Made by a program: the position numbers and the translations under genes
Source: a virus
Lineage: Duplodnaviria > Caudoviricetes
Length of the DNA stretch: 64,000 nucleotides
Direction: 5' to 3' (one strand)
Virus record (IMG/VR): IMGVR_UViG_3300025016_000004
Shown: in pieces, positions 35,035 to 45,670 of the stretch
How the letters are laid out: the number at the start of each line of letters is the position of its first letter
How positions within the stretch are numbered: position 1 is the stretch's first letter
Notes under the pieces: model-generated
What the model was told of the DNA's origin: nothing
Database searches by the model: none
What the model saw: only the letters and a program-made list of their open reading frames with translations

Positions 35035-36852
35035 ATGAGTAAAGGAATTGCATATTCAAGTAGAAATTTTGCTGATGTAAGAACAGAATTAATAGATTTT
35101 GTAAAACAATATTACCCTGATATTTTATCGGATTTCAATGATGCATCTATTGGTATGCTTTTAATTGAGTTAAATGCTGCGGTTAGTGACATGCTTTCAG
35201 TAAACACTGATAGAATGTTTCAGGAAACTCAAATTGACTACGCACAACAAAGAAGTTCAGTATTATCAATGGCTAGAACTTTTGGTCTTAAAATTCCAGC
35301 TAAAAGGCCATCTATAAGTATCGTAGATTTTTCAGTTACTGTTCCAGTACTTGGAGATTCATTTGATGTTAGATATGCGCCTTTAGTTAGAGTTGGCGCA
35401 CAAGTAGCTGGTGGTGGTAAAGTGTTTGAAACGATAGATGATATTGATTTCTCAAATCCTTTTACTACAGGTGGTTTACCTAATAGGTTAATAATACCTA
35501 ATTTAGATAGCAACAATAACATCACCAACTATACATTAACAAAAAGAGAAATAGTTTTAAATGGTATTACTAAAACATTTAAGAAAACAATTTCAACTTC
35601 GGATGTAGTACCTTTTTATGAATTGGTATTACCAGATAACGATATTTTATCAATTACTTCAATTATAACGAAAAATGGCACTTCATATTCAACTGAACCA
35701 ACCATTGATGAATTTTTAAATTTTGATAATAGATGGTTTGAAGTTGATGCTTTAGCTGAAGACACTAAATTTATTGAAGATGTAAATGCTAGTTCAGATA
35801 ATGCTGGTATTCGACCAGGTAAATGGGTTAGAATTACTAGAAAATTTATAAAAGAATATACAGACAATGGCTTTATAAAAATAATTTTTGGTGGTGGCAG
35901 TTCAGATGTGACATCCTTATCAGAATTTAATGTTAATGGTTCATTAACAGATAGAATAGGTGATTTCATCAATAACTTATCATTGGGTGAAACTCTTAAA
36001 GCTGGAACAACATTATTTGTGCAGTATAGAGTCGGTGGTGGCTCAAACACAAATTTAGGTTCTAACACAATCACTACAACTAATTTGATTAATATGTTTA
36101 TTAATGGGCCAATCGATGCAACCAACAATTCAGTTAGGCAATCATTAACAGTTAATAATCCAGTTCCAGCATTAGGTGGTAGAGATGAACCTACAGTTGA
36201 TGAAATTAGAAATTTAGTTAGATATAATTTCGCTTCACAAAATAGAGCGGTAACAATTAAAGATTATCAAGCTAGAGTTAGTCTTATGCCTGGTGAATTT
36301 GGTGTTCCTTTTAGAACTGGTGTCTTTGAAGAACAAAACAAGATATTAATTTATATTCTAGGTTTAGATGGTAGTAGTAAATTAACCAATTCATCAACTA
36401 GCACGTTAAAACAAAATATTTCCAATTATTTAGCTGATTATCGAATGTTGAATGATTATGTAGCCATTGCTGATGGCCAAATCGTTAATCTAGGGTTTGA
36501 ATTTGATTTATTGGTAGAAAAAGATTACCCACAATCACAAATCATTTCAAATGTAATTAATAATGTAAAAGATTTCATGGATATTAATAAACATCATATG
36601 GGTGAAAATATCTATTTGGGTCAATTGATTGAAAATGTAAATAATGTTGGTGGGGTAACCAACGTAATAGATATTAGAGTTTTTAACAAAGTAGGTGAAG
36701 GAAAATATTCAATGAATGAAATTGAACAACCTTATGTAGATACTACCACAAGACAAATTATGGTTTCAGATGAATACACATTATTCGGAAATCCTAAAAG
36801 TATGTTTGAAGTCCGTTTCCCAGAGAAAGATATCCGCATCCGTGTGAAGTAA
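35035..36852 (+). CDS. Baseplate wedge subunit (T4 gp6 / baseplate J-like)
   Basis: YSSRNFADVRTEL, YRVGGG, GGRDEPT, FASQNRAVTIKDY motifs. Confidence 0.88.
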   Translation: MSKGIAYSSRNFADVRTELIDFVKQYYPDILSDFNDASIGMLLIELNAAVSDMLSVNTDRMFQETQIDYAQQRSSVLSMARTFGLKIPAKRPSISIVDFSVTVPVLGDSFDVRYAPLVRVGAQVAGGGKVFETIDDIDFSNPFTTGGLPNRLIIPNLDSNNNITNYTLTKREIVLNGITKTFKKTISTSDVVPFYELVLPDNDILSITSIITKNGTSYSTEPTIDEFLNFDNRWFEVDALAEDTKFIEDVNASSDNAGIRPGKWVRITRKFIKEYTDNGFIKIIFGGGSSDVTSLSEFNVNGSLTDRIGDFINNLSLGETLKAGTTLFVQYRVGGGSNTNLGSNTITTTNLINMFINGPIDATNNSVRQSLTVNNPVPALGGRDEPTVDEIRNLVRYNFASQNRAVTIKDYQARVSLMPGEFGVPFRTGVFEEQNKILIYILGLDGSSKLTNSSTSTLKQNISNYLADYRMLNDYVAIADGQIVNLGFEFDLLVEKDYPQSQIISNVINNVKDFMDINKHHMGENIYLGQLIENVNNVGGVTNVIDIRVFNKVGEGKYSMNEIEQPYVDTTTRQIMVSDEYTLFGNPKSMFEVRFPEKDIRIRVK

Positions 36853-36892
36853 TTTATTTCACACATGATAATTGTTTTTTATAAATTTTTGA

Positions 36893-36899
36893 TATTTAT
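36893..36899 (+). promoter_or_regulatory. TATTTAT putative late-promoter motif
   Basis: 14 nt upstream of ATG 36914. Confidence 0.5.
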
Positions 36900-36913
36900 T
36901 AATAAATAAAAAA

Positions 36914-37810
36914 ATGAAGTGTAGTGAATGTAGTAATAAAGTGCAAAAATTTGGCAAAGTTAATAATGAACAAAGATATTTTTGTGTTAAATGTAATAAA
37001 ACATTTTCAAAAAAATCAATTAAAAGGGAAGTAGAACGTAAAGAAAAATATGAAAGAATTAAAAAAATGTATATAGAAGATAATTTATCTACAATTGAAA
37101 TTGCTAAAATATTAGGTGTTAGTTCCACAGTACCACAGAGAATTATTAAAAAAATGGGAATATCTAAAACAATAAGTGAAGCTAAAAAAGGTAAGGTTAG
37201 AATAAGTAAATTACCAGCACAAAAAATAATCAATTTTTATTTAGATGGTGATTCATCAATAGAAATAAGTGAAAAATTAAATATATCTAAAAGGTCAGTA
37301 TTAAATATTTTAGAAAAACATGGAATTGAAAGAAATAATATTTATGAATATAAACATGATAAGATTGATGAAATTAAAAAATTATATTTAAATGGAAATT
37401 CAATGAATAAGGTTAGTGAAAAATTAAATATACCTTATACTACAATTAACACTAATTTACATAAATTGGGTATTGTAAGAACCGAGGATAAATTTAGAAT
37501 TGGTATTAATTATGAAGAATATTTAGAAGTATTACCAGCTTTTAAAAAATATAGAAGTGATGTTATGAAAATTACAAATAAACAAAAAATATATAAATTG
37601 GTTAATTTTGATAGAAGGGGTTTATGCGGTGTTGATGGTGTGTACCAATTAGACCATAAATTTTCAATTTTAGAAGGTTTTAAACAAGGTATTGAACCAG
37701 AAATTATTGGTGATATTAAAAATTTAGAATTTATTCCTTGGGAAGAAAATTTAAACAAAGGGTCAAAATGTTCAATAACGGAAAAAGAATTAAGAAAGGG
37801 AGTAAAATAA
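36914..37810 (+). CDS. Putative HNH homing endonuclease with N-terminal Zn ribbon and three HTH repeats
   Basis: CSEC...CVKC; STIEIAKILG, SSIEISEKLN, SMNKVSEKLN; YQLDHKFSI...IKNLEFIPWEENLNK. Confidence 0.75.
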   Translation: MKCSECSNKVQKFGKVNNEQRYFCVKCNKTFSKKSIKREVERKEKYERIKKMYIEDNLSTIEIAKILGVSSTVPQRIIKKMGISKTISEAKKGKVRISKLPAQKIINFYLDGDSSIEISEKLNISKRSVLNILEKHGIERNNIYEYKHDKIDEIKKLYLNGNSMNKVSEKLNIPYTTINTNLHKLGIVRTEDKFRIGINYEEYLEVLPAFKKYRSDVMKITNKQKIYKLVNFDRRGLCGVDGVYQLDHKFSILEGFKQGIEPEIIGDIKNLEFIPWEENLNKGSKCSITEKELRKGVK

Positions 37811-37816
37811 AAAGTT

Positions 37817-38143
37817 ATGGGATGTGGATGTAAAGGTGATAAAGTTTCACCACAAATAGAAAACGAAGAAAAAACTAAATTAACATTAGGTGGTCAATTA
37901 TTAAAAATACTAACCATAATTTTATTAAGTATTTTGATAATTGTGTTATCACCAATATTACTTATTATTTCTTGGTATATTGCATTTAGAGCGGTATTTA
38001 GTGATAATTTTAATATTGTAAATTTCATATTAAAGCATTTTACAATTCTCTATTCTGATAAAGAATTTAATAAAGATGATTTTAATGAGCAAGAATTTAA
38101 TGAAGACAATTATGAAATTGTTGGTGTAGATGTAATAAAATAA
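37817..38143 (+). CDS. Small membrane protein
   Basis: MGCGCK N-terminus and a long hydrophobic helix. Confidence 0.7.
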   Translation: MGCGCKGDKVSPQIENEEKTKLTLGGQLLKILTIILLSILIIVLSPILLIISWYIAFRAVFSDNFNIVNFILKHFTILYSDKEFNKDDFNEQEFNEDNYEIVGVDVIK

Positions 38144-38147
38144 ATAA

Positions 38148-41100
38148 ATGTCAAAAAATATAAGAATACGTACAACCCCTAATGGTGGTGATAACCATGT
38201 AAAAATTCAATTAAATCAAGATTTTGATTTTCTTGAAATTTTATCTTTAAAAATATCACAAGAAGATGTATACCGTAGTTTTTACTCAGACTATGGTGTT
38301 GTTGTTGGGCGTGTTATTATGAATAGTGGTGTTGGTGTACCTAATGCTAGAATTTCGATATTCATCCCACTTACAGATGATGATGCAGCCAACGAGCAAA
38401 TAGCTCAATTATATCCATATAAAGATTTACAAGATGTTAATTCTGATGGTATTAGATATAACACTTTACCTAAAGATGCTCAAGGTGAATGTCACGTACC
38501 TATTGGTACATTCCCAACAAAAAGAGAATTAGTTGATAATGAAGAGCTAATGTCTATTTATGAAAAATATTATAAATACACTACTACAACAAATGATGCT
38601 GGTGATTTTATGTTATTTGGAGTTCCAGTTGGAAATCATATTGTGAATGTTGATGTGGATTTATCTGATATTGGTATATTTTCTCAAAGACCTTATGATT
38701 TTATAGAGCAAGGAAATCCTGAACGTTTGTTTGATTCCCCAACTAAATTTAGAACTAATACAAATTTAAATAATTTAACGCAAATTAAAAATAGACAAGT
38801 AGGTATTAATGTAATACCATTTTGGGGTGAAAAGGAAAGTAATGAAGTTGGAATATCAAGAATTGATGTTGATTTAAATTATAATATTAAACCTAAAGCT
38901 ATTTTTATGGGCTCTATTTTTGGGGATAATGAAAAAAATAGTGTTAATAAAACTTGTACCCCTAGAAAAAAATTAGGTAGAATTTGTGAAATTAATGAAG
39001 GTGAAGGTTCAATTCAAATGTTAAGAAAAAATTTATTTGGACTTAATGAAAGATTTGATGTTGATGGCGGTAGGGTTATAAATGAAAATGGTAGTTGGGC
39101 TTATCAAATACCCATGAATTTAGATTATGTGGTTACCAATGAATTTGGTGATTTAGTAAAAACTGAAGATACAACTAGGGGAATTGCGACTAGAGCTAGT
39201 GTTCGTTTTAAAATAAATATGGATGAAACTGGTGACGAAGGGCGATTAAGGAGTAGGGCCAAATTTTTAGTACCTCACAACCCATCGACTACAAACGAAA
39301 TTGATTATTCTTTTGATGAATCAACTCCCGATACGCAATTTACTGATATATATTGGAATAAAATTTATACTGTTAAAAACTTCGTTTCTAGATTTCAAAG
39401 CAACGATAATAAACAAAATAGAAATTTTGTTGGTTTTAAAGATGTTGATAATTGTGTTGGGTCTAAATCACCATTACCATTTAATACAATAGATGGGGAT
39501 TGGAACCCATTGTTTGTTGTGTTATGTATTATTATTGAAATAATCGTAACTTTAGCTAGAATTCTAGCTATTGTTAAAAAAGTTAGGCTACCATGTGACG
39601 GCACTAACATTAGAATTAGGGCGAGCTCATCAAAGGGGGCTAGGCAATGGACAAAATGTACGAAATTAAACTTAGCTGAATCATTAAATGTTTATGAAAT
39701 GGATTTTTATAATGATTGGTTAAATGGGTCGTTATACGCCTATTTATTCAAATATAAACGTAAAAAAAGTGATGAAAAATTCTGTGGTGATGGAGATGGA
39801 GATGGAACTAATAAAGTAATAAATAGTAATTCATTTACGCATTATGCTTCACAGGGTGTACAATCAGCTAATGTCACAAAAGGGTTAATTGCTAGTTATG
39901 AAGGTGAATTATTTTATAAACCTATGTCACCAGAAGGTTGGAAATTATACCCAACTGATTTACATTTTTTAGGTTCAGTTTTTAATTGTGATTGGCAAGC
40001 TAAACCAAAAATTAACCAAAAATTAACTCCAACAACATATGAATTTCCAAGTTGGACAGATGTAAGTTTATTATTTGATTTAACTTGTCTTGGTGGAGTT
40101 AAAATCAATCAAAGAAATTCTATAAACATTAGAAGGATGTGTGAGATTGGGGTTGACATTAATGAAAATACTGATAATGAAATTAATGAAGAAGATTTGA
40201 AGGATGCGTTAGTTAGAAATCAATTAATGATATTAAATGATGATATTTTTAGAGGTTTAGATGTAACTCAAGTGGATTCATTGTTTACATCAAATGATTA
40301 TATAGATTATAGATTATATGATTCATCTAAAAGTCTATATCAATCTAATGGCAACTCATTTTATTATTATTTCGGTAGTAAGCCAAATAATACAGCACTT
40401 GATTTAATGAATTCAAGGTATTTCACTGATTGTACTAGAATAGTAAAAAGTAATATTACTATTTTAGGTGTTGTTACTAATGTATCAACAATTAATGGTA
40501 GTAATGGGTCTATTAATGTTACAGTAAATGGTGGTATACCTGATTATACTTATACATGGTATGATTTAGCTGGTCAAAGGGATGGGAATGGTCAATTATT
40601 ACCAATAAGTGTTTCAACTGAGTCACCAGACATCGCTAATTTAAGTGGTGGTACATATTATATTATAGTAACGGATGATAATGGTACTGGTACACAAGTT
40701 AAAAAAACCTTTATAGTTGAAAATCTTAAACCATTATCCGCTAATATAACAACTATTAATACGAATGCAGCAGGTGCATTCAATGGTAAAATAAAAATTC
40801 AATCAATTACGGGTGGTGTTAAACCTTATGATGTGGAAATAACAGGGCCAATATCAACTCCATTGATTTTTAATGACATTTCTTATTCATTATTAGTAGA
40901 AGGGTTAAGAGATGGCACATATATAGTTAAAATAACAGATAACACTGGAAGTGTAGTAACATATAGCGTAGTTATAAGTATACCTGATACAATATCAGTC
41001 AATTTAATATCAATATCTGACCCAAGTTGTATTGGTTTTGGTGATGGTAGTCTTGTAATTCAAATTAATGGTGGTACGCCAGATTTTAGTGTTCAACTTA

Positions 41101-41468
41101 CTGATGGAGTTTCAACATATCAACCTAATAATACAGGTGATACTATATATACATTTACTAACTTAACACCAAATCCCCAAACATTAACCGTGGTTGATTT
41201 ATATGGTCAAACATTAACTAGAAATTATACAATAAATGAACCTCTTGAATTAGTTTTAACTTGGGATAGTTTAGGTACAACTTCCAGACGATTTACACTT
41301 TCAAATACAATTATTGGTATAGAATATAATTTTGAAGACGATGGTGGTAATATTTTTGAAACAATAGTGGCTACTAGCAATACAATTGTTTTTACTAAAG
41401 TACCATTCACTAATGTAACGGGTGTACAAGCTATAAGTCAATATGGTTGTACAAGTAATATTTTATAA
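38148..41468 (+). CDS. Large baseplate/tail structural protein with C-terminal SprB-like repeats
   Basis: 1106 aa; N-terminal GVPNARISIF...TNDAGDFMLFGVP; C-terminal NGSINVTVNGGIPDYTYTW-type repeats. Confidence 0.7.
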   Translation: MSKNIRIRTTPNGGDNHVKIQLNQDFDFLEILSLKISQEDVYRSFYSDYGVVVGRVIMNSGVGVPNARISIFIPLTDDDAANEQIAQLYPYKDLQDVNSDGIRYNTLPKDAQGECHVPIGTFPTKRELVDNEELMSIYEKYYKYTTTTNDAGDFMLFGVPVGNHIVNVDVDLSDIGIFSQRPYDFIEQGNPERLFDSPTKFRTNTNLNNLTQIKNRQVGINVIPFWGEKESNEVGISRIDVDLNYNIKPKAIFMGSIFGDNEKNSVNKTCTPRKKLGRICEINEGEGSIQMLRKNLFGLNERFDVDGGRVINENGSWAYQIPMNLDYVVTNEFGDLVKTEDTTRGIATRASVRFKINMDETGDEGRLRSRAKFLVPHNPSTTNEIDYSFDESTPDTQFTDIYWNKIYTVKNFVSRFQSNDNKQNRNFVGFKDVDNCVGSKSPLPFNTIDGDWNPLFVVLCIIIEIIVTLARILAIVKKVRLPCDGTNIRIRASSSKGARQWTKCTKLNLAESLNVYEMDFYNDWLNGSLYAYLFKYKRKKSDEKFCGDGDGDGTNKVINSNSFTHYASQGVQSANVTKGLIASYEGELFYKPMSPEGWKLYPTDLHFLGSVFNCDWQAKPKINQKLTPTTYEFPSWTDVSLLFDLTCLGGVKINQRNSINIRRMCEIGVDINENTDNEINEEDLKDALVRNQLMILNDDIFRGLDVTQVDSLFTSNDYIDYRLYDSSKSLYQSNGNSFYYYFGSKPNNTALDLMNSRYFTDCTRIVKSNITILGVVTNVSTINGSNGSINVTVNGGIPDYTYTWYDLAGQRDGNGQLLPISVSTESPDIANLSGGTYYIIVTDDNGTGTQVKKTFIVENLKPLSANITTINTNAAGAFNGKIKIQSITGGVKPYDVEITGPISTPLIFNDISYSLLVEGLRDGTYIVKITDNTGSVVTYSVVISIPDTISVNLISISDPSCIGFGDGSLVIQINGGTPDFSVQLTDGVSTYQPNNTGDTIYTFTNLTPNPQTLTVVDLYGQTLTRNYTINEPLELVLTWDSLGTTSRRFTLSNTIIGIEYNFEDDGGNIFETIVATSNTIVFTKVPFTNVTGVQAISQYGCTSNIL

Positions 41469-41469
41469 T

Positions 41470-43185
41470 ATGGAAGATAAAAAATTTAGATTAAATAGTG
41501 CATCATCTCAATTGGCAGCCAATGAGGATATTTTTGATAAGATTAATATCGAATCAAAAAGTAATCCAATACCTGTTGGTGAAACCAATAAAGTAATAAA
41601 TTTAGGTGAACAATTTAATCAAGAAAGACAAAATTCTAAATTATATAGATTAACTGGTACATTTAATACCTTATTTACTAATGTTCTATTTAATACAACT
41701 GGGGCGAATAGTTGGACATCATTTAATAGTACTATTTTTAGGGATGGGACTTTTCCACCAGCAGCGATAATTTCATTAAATGATGTTGAAGATTTAACTT
41801 ATAAAGAAGCGGTTTCTAAATATCTAAAGGAAGAAAACGGTTGGTTTGGTTATTATAATCCAGACCCATCACAAACAACTTTATGTACTTGGGTTGATAT
41901 GGAGCCTAGACGAGAATTATTCTCAATGGCACCTAGAAGTGGAATTAAGAACTGGGAAGTCACGATAACTTACCCATCACCATTAGGTAATCGAGTTGGT
42001 GATTATAACCATCCAATTGTTAAAGATGGTGGTTTATTGTTAATCGATGTTTCTATCTCAATTATTGGTAATAGAAGTATGTTAACATTCGCAACACCAG
42101 TTAAACATAATTTAGTTCAAGGTGATAGTATTAAATTAAAAGGGTTAAGGTTAGCTAGTAATAGTGGTGCCTTAAGCCCTTATAATGGTGAATATAGTGT
42201 AATTAGATTAGGTAAAGATAATGGTGATGATATGAACTATTATTTTAGTGTCGATATTGGTGAATTGGTTTCAATAGATACTAATTCAAGAATGACTAGG
42301 TTAGTGAATGGTAACCCATCGGAATATTATTTTAGGGTTTTTAAAAAAATTAACACAAAAGTTGGTGTTATAGAAAATGACGATTATGAAATATATCCGT
42401 TAGCGTTTGGACAAACTATTTATGAAGATAAATCATATCAATTTGTATTTAATGAAGATATTGACATAACATCATTAACAGATAATAGAGGGAGGCCGTT
42501 AAGTGAAATATATATAACTATAATTAAAACAGATAGTGATAATATTTTCACATCCGTAAAATCAGGAGTTAAAATGCCATTTTTCACCGATAATAATGCG
42601 GGAATCTCTGATATAAATAGAATTACAAATAATTTGTCAACAACTCACAATCCTTTACCTGATTCAGATGGTGGTGTTGTAATAGATGATGAAAATTTTT
42701 ATGGTGATGTTGCTGAATATAATATATTAGGTTCCAAGGAAATTATTTTAGGTGAAGTCTACCACAGATTTAATTCAATAAAGAGAGAAATTAATGCGGC
42801 TATTGGCACCGACTCTTTAGGTGTTAGATATGAAGGTTATATGTATAAACCACACCATAAAATTAAAATAAGAGAATACTCAAATTATATTGAGCAAGGA
42901 ACTTATAATACTTTAGATAGGCCAACTTATTCAGATACTCTTGGTGATGGAAGATATTTTTGGAGAGACTTACTAGATATTGGGTTAAATGACACTAAAA
43001 AAACTTATTTAGACTACCCATTTTTAAATGGTTGTCATTACATAAATAGTTCAATTACATTACCGTTGTTTAGACAGGACCCATTTGGGTTTTATGGTTT
43101 GAGGTGGGATGGTTTTTCACCAGATAGACAAGGTATTTTAATGGAAGATAAATTAATAATTAAAACCTCACAAGATGTCTGTTAA
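41470..43185 (+). CDS. Putative virion structural protein
   Basis: ATG 41470 follows the upstream stop (track uses 41443); N-terminal ERQNSKLYRLTG. Confidence 0.7.
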   Translation: MEDKKFRLNSASSQLAANEDIFDKINIESKSNPIPVGETNKVINLGEQFNQERQNSKLYRLTGTFNTLFTNVLFNTTGANSWTSFNSTIFRDGTFPPAAIISLNDVEDLTYKEAVSKYLKEENGWFGYYNPDPSQTTLCTWVDMEPRRELFSMAPRSGIKNWEVTITYPSPLGNRVGDYNHPIVKDGGLLLIDVSISIIGNRSMLTFATPVKHNLVQGDSIKLKGLRLASNSGALSPYNGEYSVIRLGKDNGDDMNYYFSVDIGELVSIDTNSRMTRLVNGNPSEYYFRVFKKINTKVGVIENDDYEIYPLAFGQTIYEDKSYQFVFNEDIDITSLTDNRGRPLSEIYITIIKTDSDNIFTSVKSGVKMPFFTDNNAGISDINRITNNLSTTHNPLPDSDGGVVIDDENFYGDVAEYNILGSKEIILGEVYHRFNSIKREINAAIGTDSLGVRYEGYMYKPHHKIKIREYSNYIEQGTYNTLDRPTYSDTLGDGRYFWRDLLDIGLNDTKKTYLDYPFLNGCHYINSSITLPLFRQDPFGFYGLRWDGFSPDRQGILMEDKLIIKTSQDVC

Positions 43186-44017
43186 TAAGTTTAAAATAAG
43201 ATTAGTTGATTTCGAAAATACTGATAAATTAAAAATTCCGTTATCATTAGATTTCAATTCAGTAGACCAAGCTGAAATAGTTAACAGAGATTTTATTTCG
43301 GTTGAAACTGAAAAGGCTATAAATCCAATTGTTGACTATGAGAGGGTTAGGTTTACACCTAAATTAAATAACGGTAATCTAGTTCAAGATTTAATATTTA
43401 AATTAAATTTTCTATTAGATGATTCATACCTATCTCCAACTTATTATGGTAATATTGGATTTACTGATGATGACATACAATTTAGAAAAAATAGATTTTT
43501 AAATTCATTTTTAAAGTTAAGTTTTTATGATTCAGATATTCCAACCAATCAAAATTTAGTATCATATATTACCATTTATTCTAAAATTACATCGCTTGAT
43601 ATAATAGAATTCACAGATGAATTTGGTAATGTGCGAGTTGGTTCAGGATTACCTGTAAATGCAAATGAATTTTTAGTTAGATTTATATTAAATAACCCAG
43701 TAACAAAACCCGAAGGTTTCGCTGAAGGATTTTATATTTATCACTATAAAAGTGATGTTAATTCTACCACACCAACAGCTTTATATATGAGGGCTGAATT
43801 TAATAATGCGTCAACAGGTAAAAGCACTAAATTTATTACAACAAATGAATTATTAGATATTAATTCAGTAATTAAAAAATTACATGTAAGGTATTTATTA
43901 ACAAGGAACGCTACTGGTTATTATTACACGATAGATAATTCTTATAATAATGCGTCAAATATCAATGAAACAACCACTGGCCTTAATGTAGACTTATACG
44001 AAATAAGAGTTGAATAA
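43175..44017 (+). CDS. Putative virion structural protein
   Basis: 280 aa; overlapping cluster within the baseplate operon. Confidence 0.7.
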   Translation: MSVNKFKIRLVDFENTDKLKIPLSLDFNSVDQAEIVNRDFISVETEKAINPIVDYERVRFTPKLNNGNLVQDLIFKLNFLLDDSYLSPTYYGNIGFTDDDIQFRKNRFLNSFLKLSFYDSDIPTNQNLVSYITIYSKITSLDIIEFTDEFGNVRVGSGLPVNANEFLVRFILNNPVTKPEGFAEGFYIYHYKSDVNSTTPTALYMRAEFNNASTGKSTKFITTNELLDINSVIKKLHVRYLLTRNATGYYYTIDNSYNNASNINETTTGLNVDLYEIRVE

Positions 44018-44709
44018 TGGAAATAATTAAAAGAAAAATATTATTTAGTGAATTGCAAGATAAGATTTATCTTAAAATTCCATTATATCAAAATATTGAT
44101 AATATGGGGTTAAGAACTGATATGCCTTATGGTAGTAATGTAATCACTGAATCAGTTAGTAATTATTTTAAACAAGGTGGTATTATTATTAGTGCTTCAG
44201 ATTCTAAATTATCTCAATTAAAATCTTATGATGAAACTGAACAATATAAAATTGATTTTAATATTAAAAGAGAAAATTATGTAAATTATCAAGGTAACCC
44301 GATTATAGGTGTTGATAGAGTGACAAATATTGATGGTGAAACCATTACATATGTTTTTGATACAGTTAGAGATTCTTTTATTGGTACCACAGGACAAACA
44401 ACAGGGATTTTATATCAAGATAACCCAATTAATGGAGTGGATATCCCAGAAGAATTAGATGGTGATATAACAAAAACACGAGTACAATATCAAAGCGAAG
44501 GTTGGAATGAAACCAACACTTCAATAGAGGCTCAAATTCAAGAAGAATATTTATTAGGCATTATTAGTGCACCAGAAGTTGAAAGTGATGTATTTATAGA
44601 TAGAAGCACATTTAGTGTGTTGGATAAACATTTAAGATTATCTGAAGTAGAAAGTCTAGACCATTTATCTAGATACGGTAACGGATTTTATAATATTAAT
44701 AGAGATTAA
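44017..44709 (+). CDS. Putative virion structural protein
   Basis: 230 aa; C-terminal PEVESDVFIDRS...HLRLSEV...YGNGFY. Confidence 0.7.
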   Translation: MEIIKRKILFSELQDKIYLKIPLYQNIDNMGLRTDMPYGSNVITESVSNYFKQGGIIISASDSKLSQLKSYDETEQYKIDFNIKRENYVNYQGNPIIGVDRVTNIDGETITYVFDTVRDSFIGTTGQTTGILYQDNPINGVDIPEELDGDITKTRVQYQSEGWNETNTSIEAQIQEEYLLGIISAPEVESDVFIDRSTFSVLDKHLRLSEVESLDHLSRYGNGFYNINRD

Positions 44710-44712
44710 AAA

Positions 44713-45670
44713 ATGGTAAATCAATATACAATGAAAAAATATAATAATAATGAAATAAATGAAATTATTTTATTATATGATGGTGGTATGTCATTCACAA
44801 TGATTGGTAAAAAATTAAATAGGCAAAAAAACACAATAAAAAAAATATTAATTGAAAATGGTGTTTGGGTTGATGGTAGAGACATTAATTTAAAGAAGTT
44901 TAATAGTATCGAGATAGAAAAAGTGATTTCTTTATATAACCAAGGGTTATCGGCAACTAAAATAAGTAAAATCTATGATATTAGTAGACCAAAAATAGTT
45001 AGGTTGTTAAAAGATAATGGGATTAACGTTAAGAGTTTTAGTGATGGTAAAAAAATAAATTTATGTGAAGATAAAAAACGTGACATAAAGGATTTATATT
45101 TAAATGAAGGTAAAAATACTTACGAAATAGCAGAAATGGTGCAATTAACTCAAGGTTTTATTTCTAAACACATATTTGATAATGGTTACATAAGAAATAA
45201 AAGCCAAGCAATTTCTATAGCACGAAAAGGTAAGAAAGCTTCTGTAGAAGCTAAGAGAAATATGAAAATAGCACAAATGAAATTAGCTAGAAGTGGAAAA
45301 AGAAAACAAACGGGTGGTTATTGTAAATTTCACAAAGTTCACGGTTTAAGATACCAAGGTACTTATGAAAAAAAAATATATAGAATACCTTAAAAATAAA
45401 AATAATAAGTTACCTAATAACACAAATTCGATAAATACTCCACATGGGGTTTATTATCCAGATTTTGAATATGATGATAAATTTATAGAAATAAAATCTT
45501 CATATACTTATGATGTGTTGTTAGGTAAAATACCGAGTAGGTTTAATGGTAAATATGATTTTAAGCAAATCAAAAAAATTAAATGGGTTAATGAAAATGT
45601 TAAACCAGTTGATGTTATTATAGTTAGTCGAAATGGTAATAAATTAATTAAAAAAGATATAAAAAAATGA
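44713..45670 (+). pseudogene. Putative homing endonuclease (HTH repeats plus PD-(D/E)xK-like domain) split by a +1 frameshift at an A9 run
   Basis: ORF 44713-45393 (HTH repeats, ARKGKKASVEAK) joins ORF 45365-45670 (YYPDFEYDDKFIEIKS) if A9 at 45368-45376 is read as A8. Confidence 0.65.
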
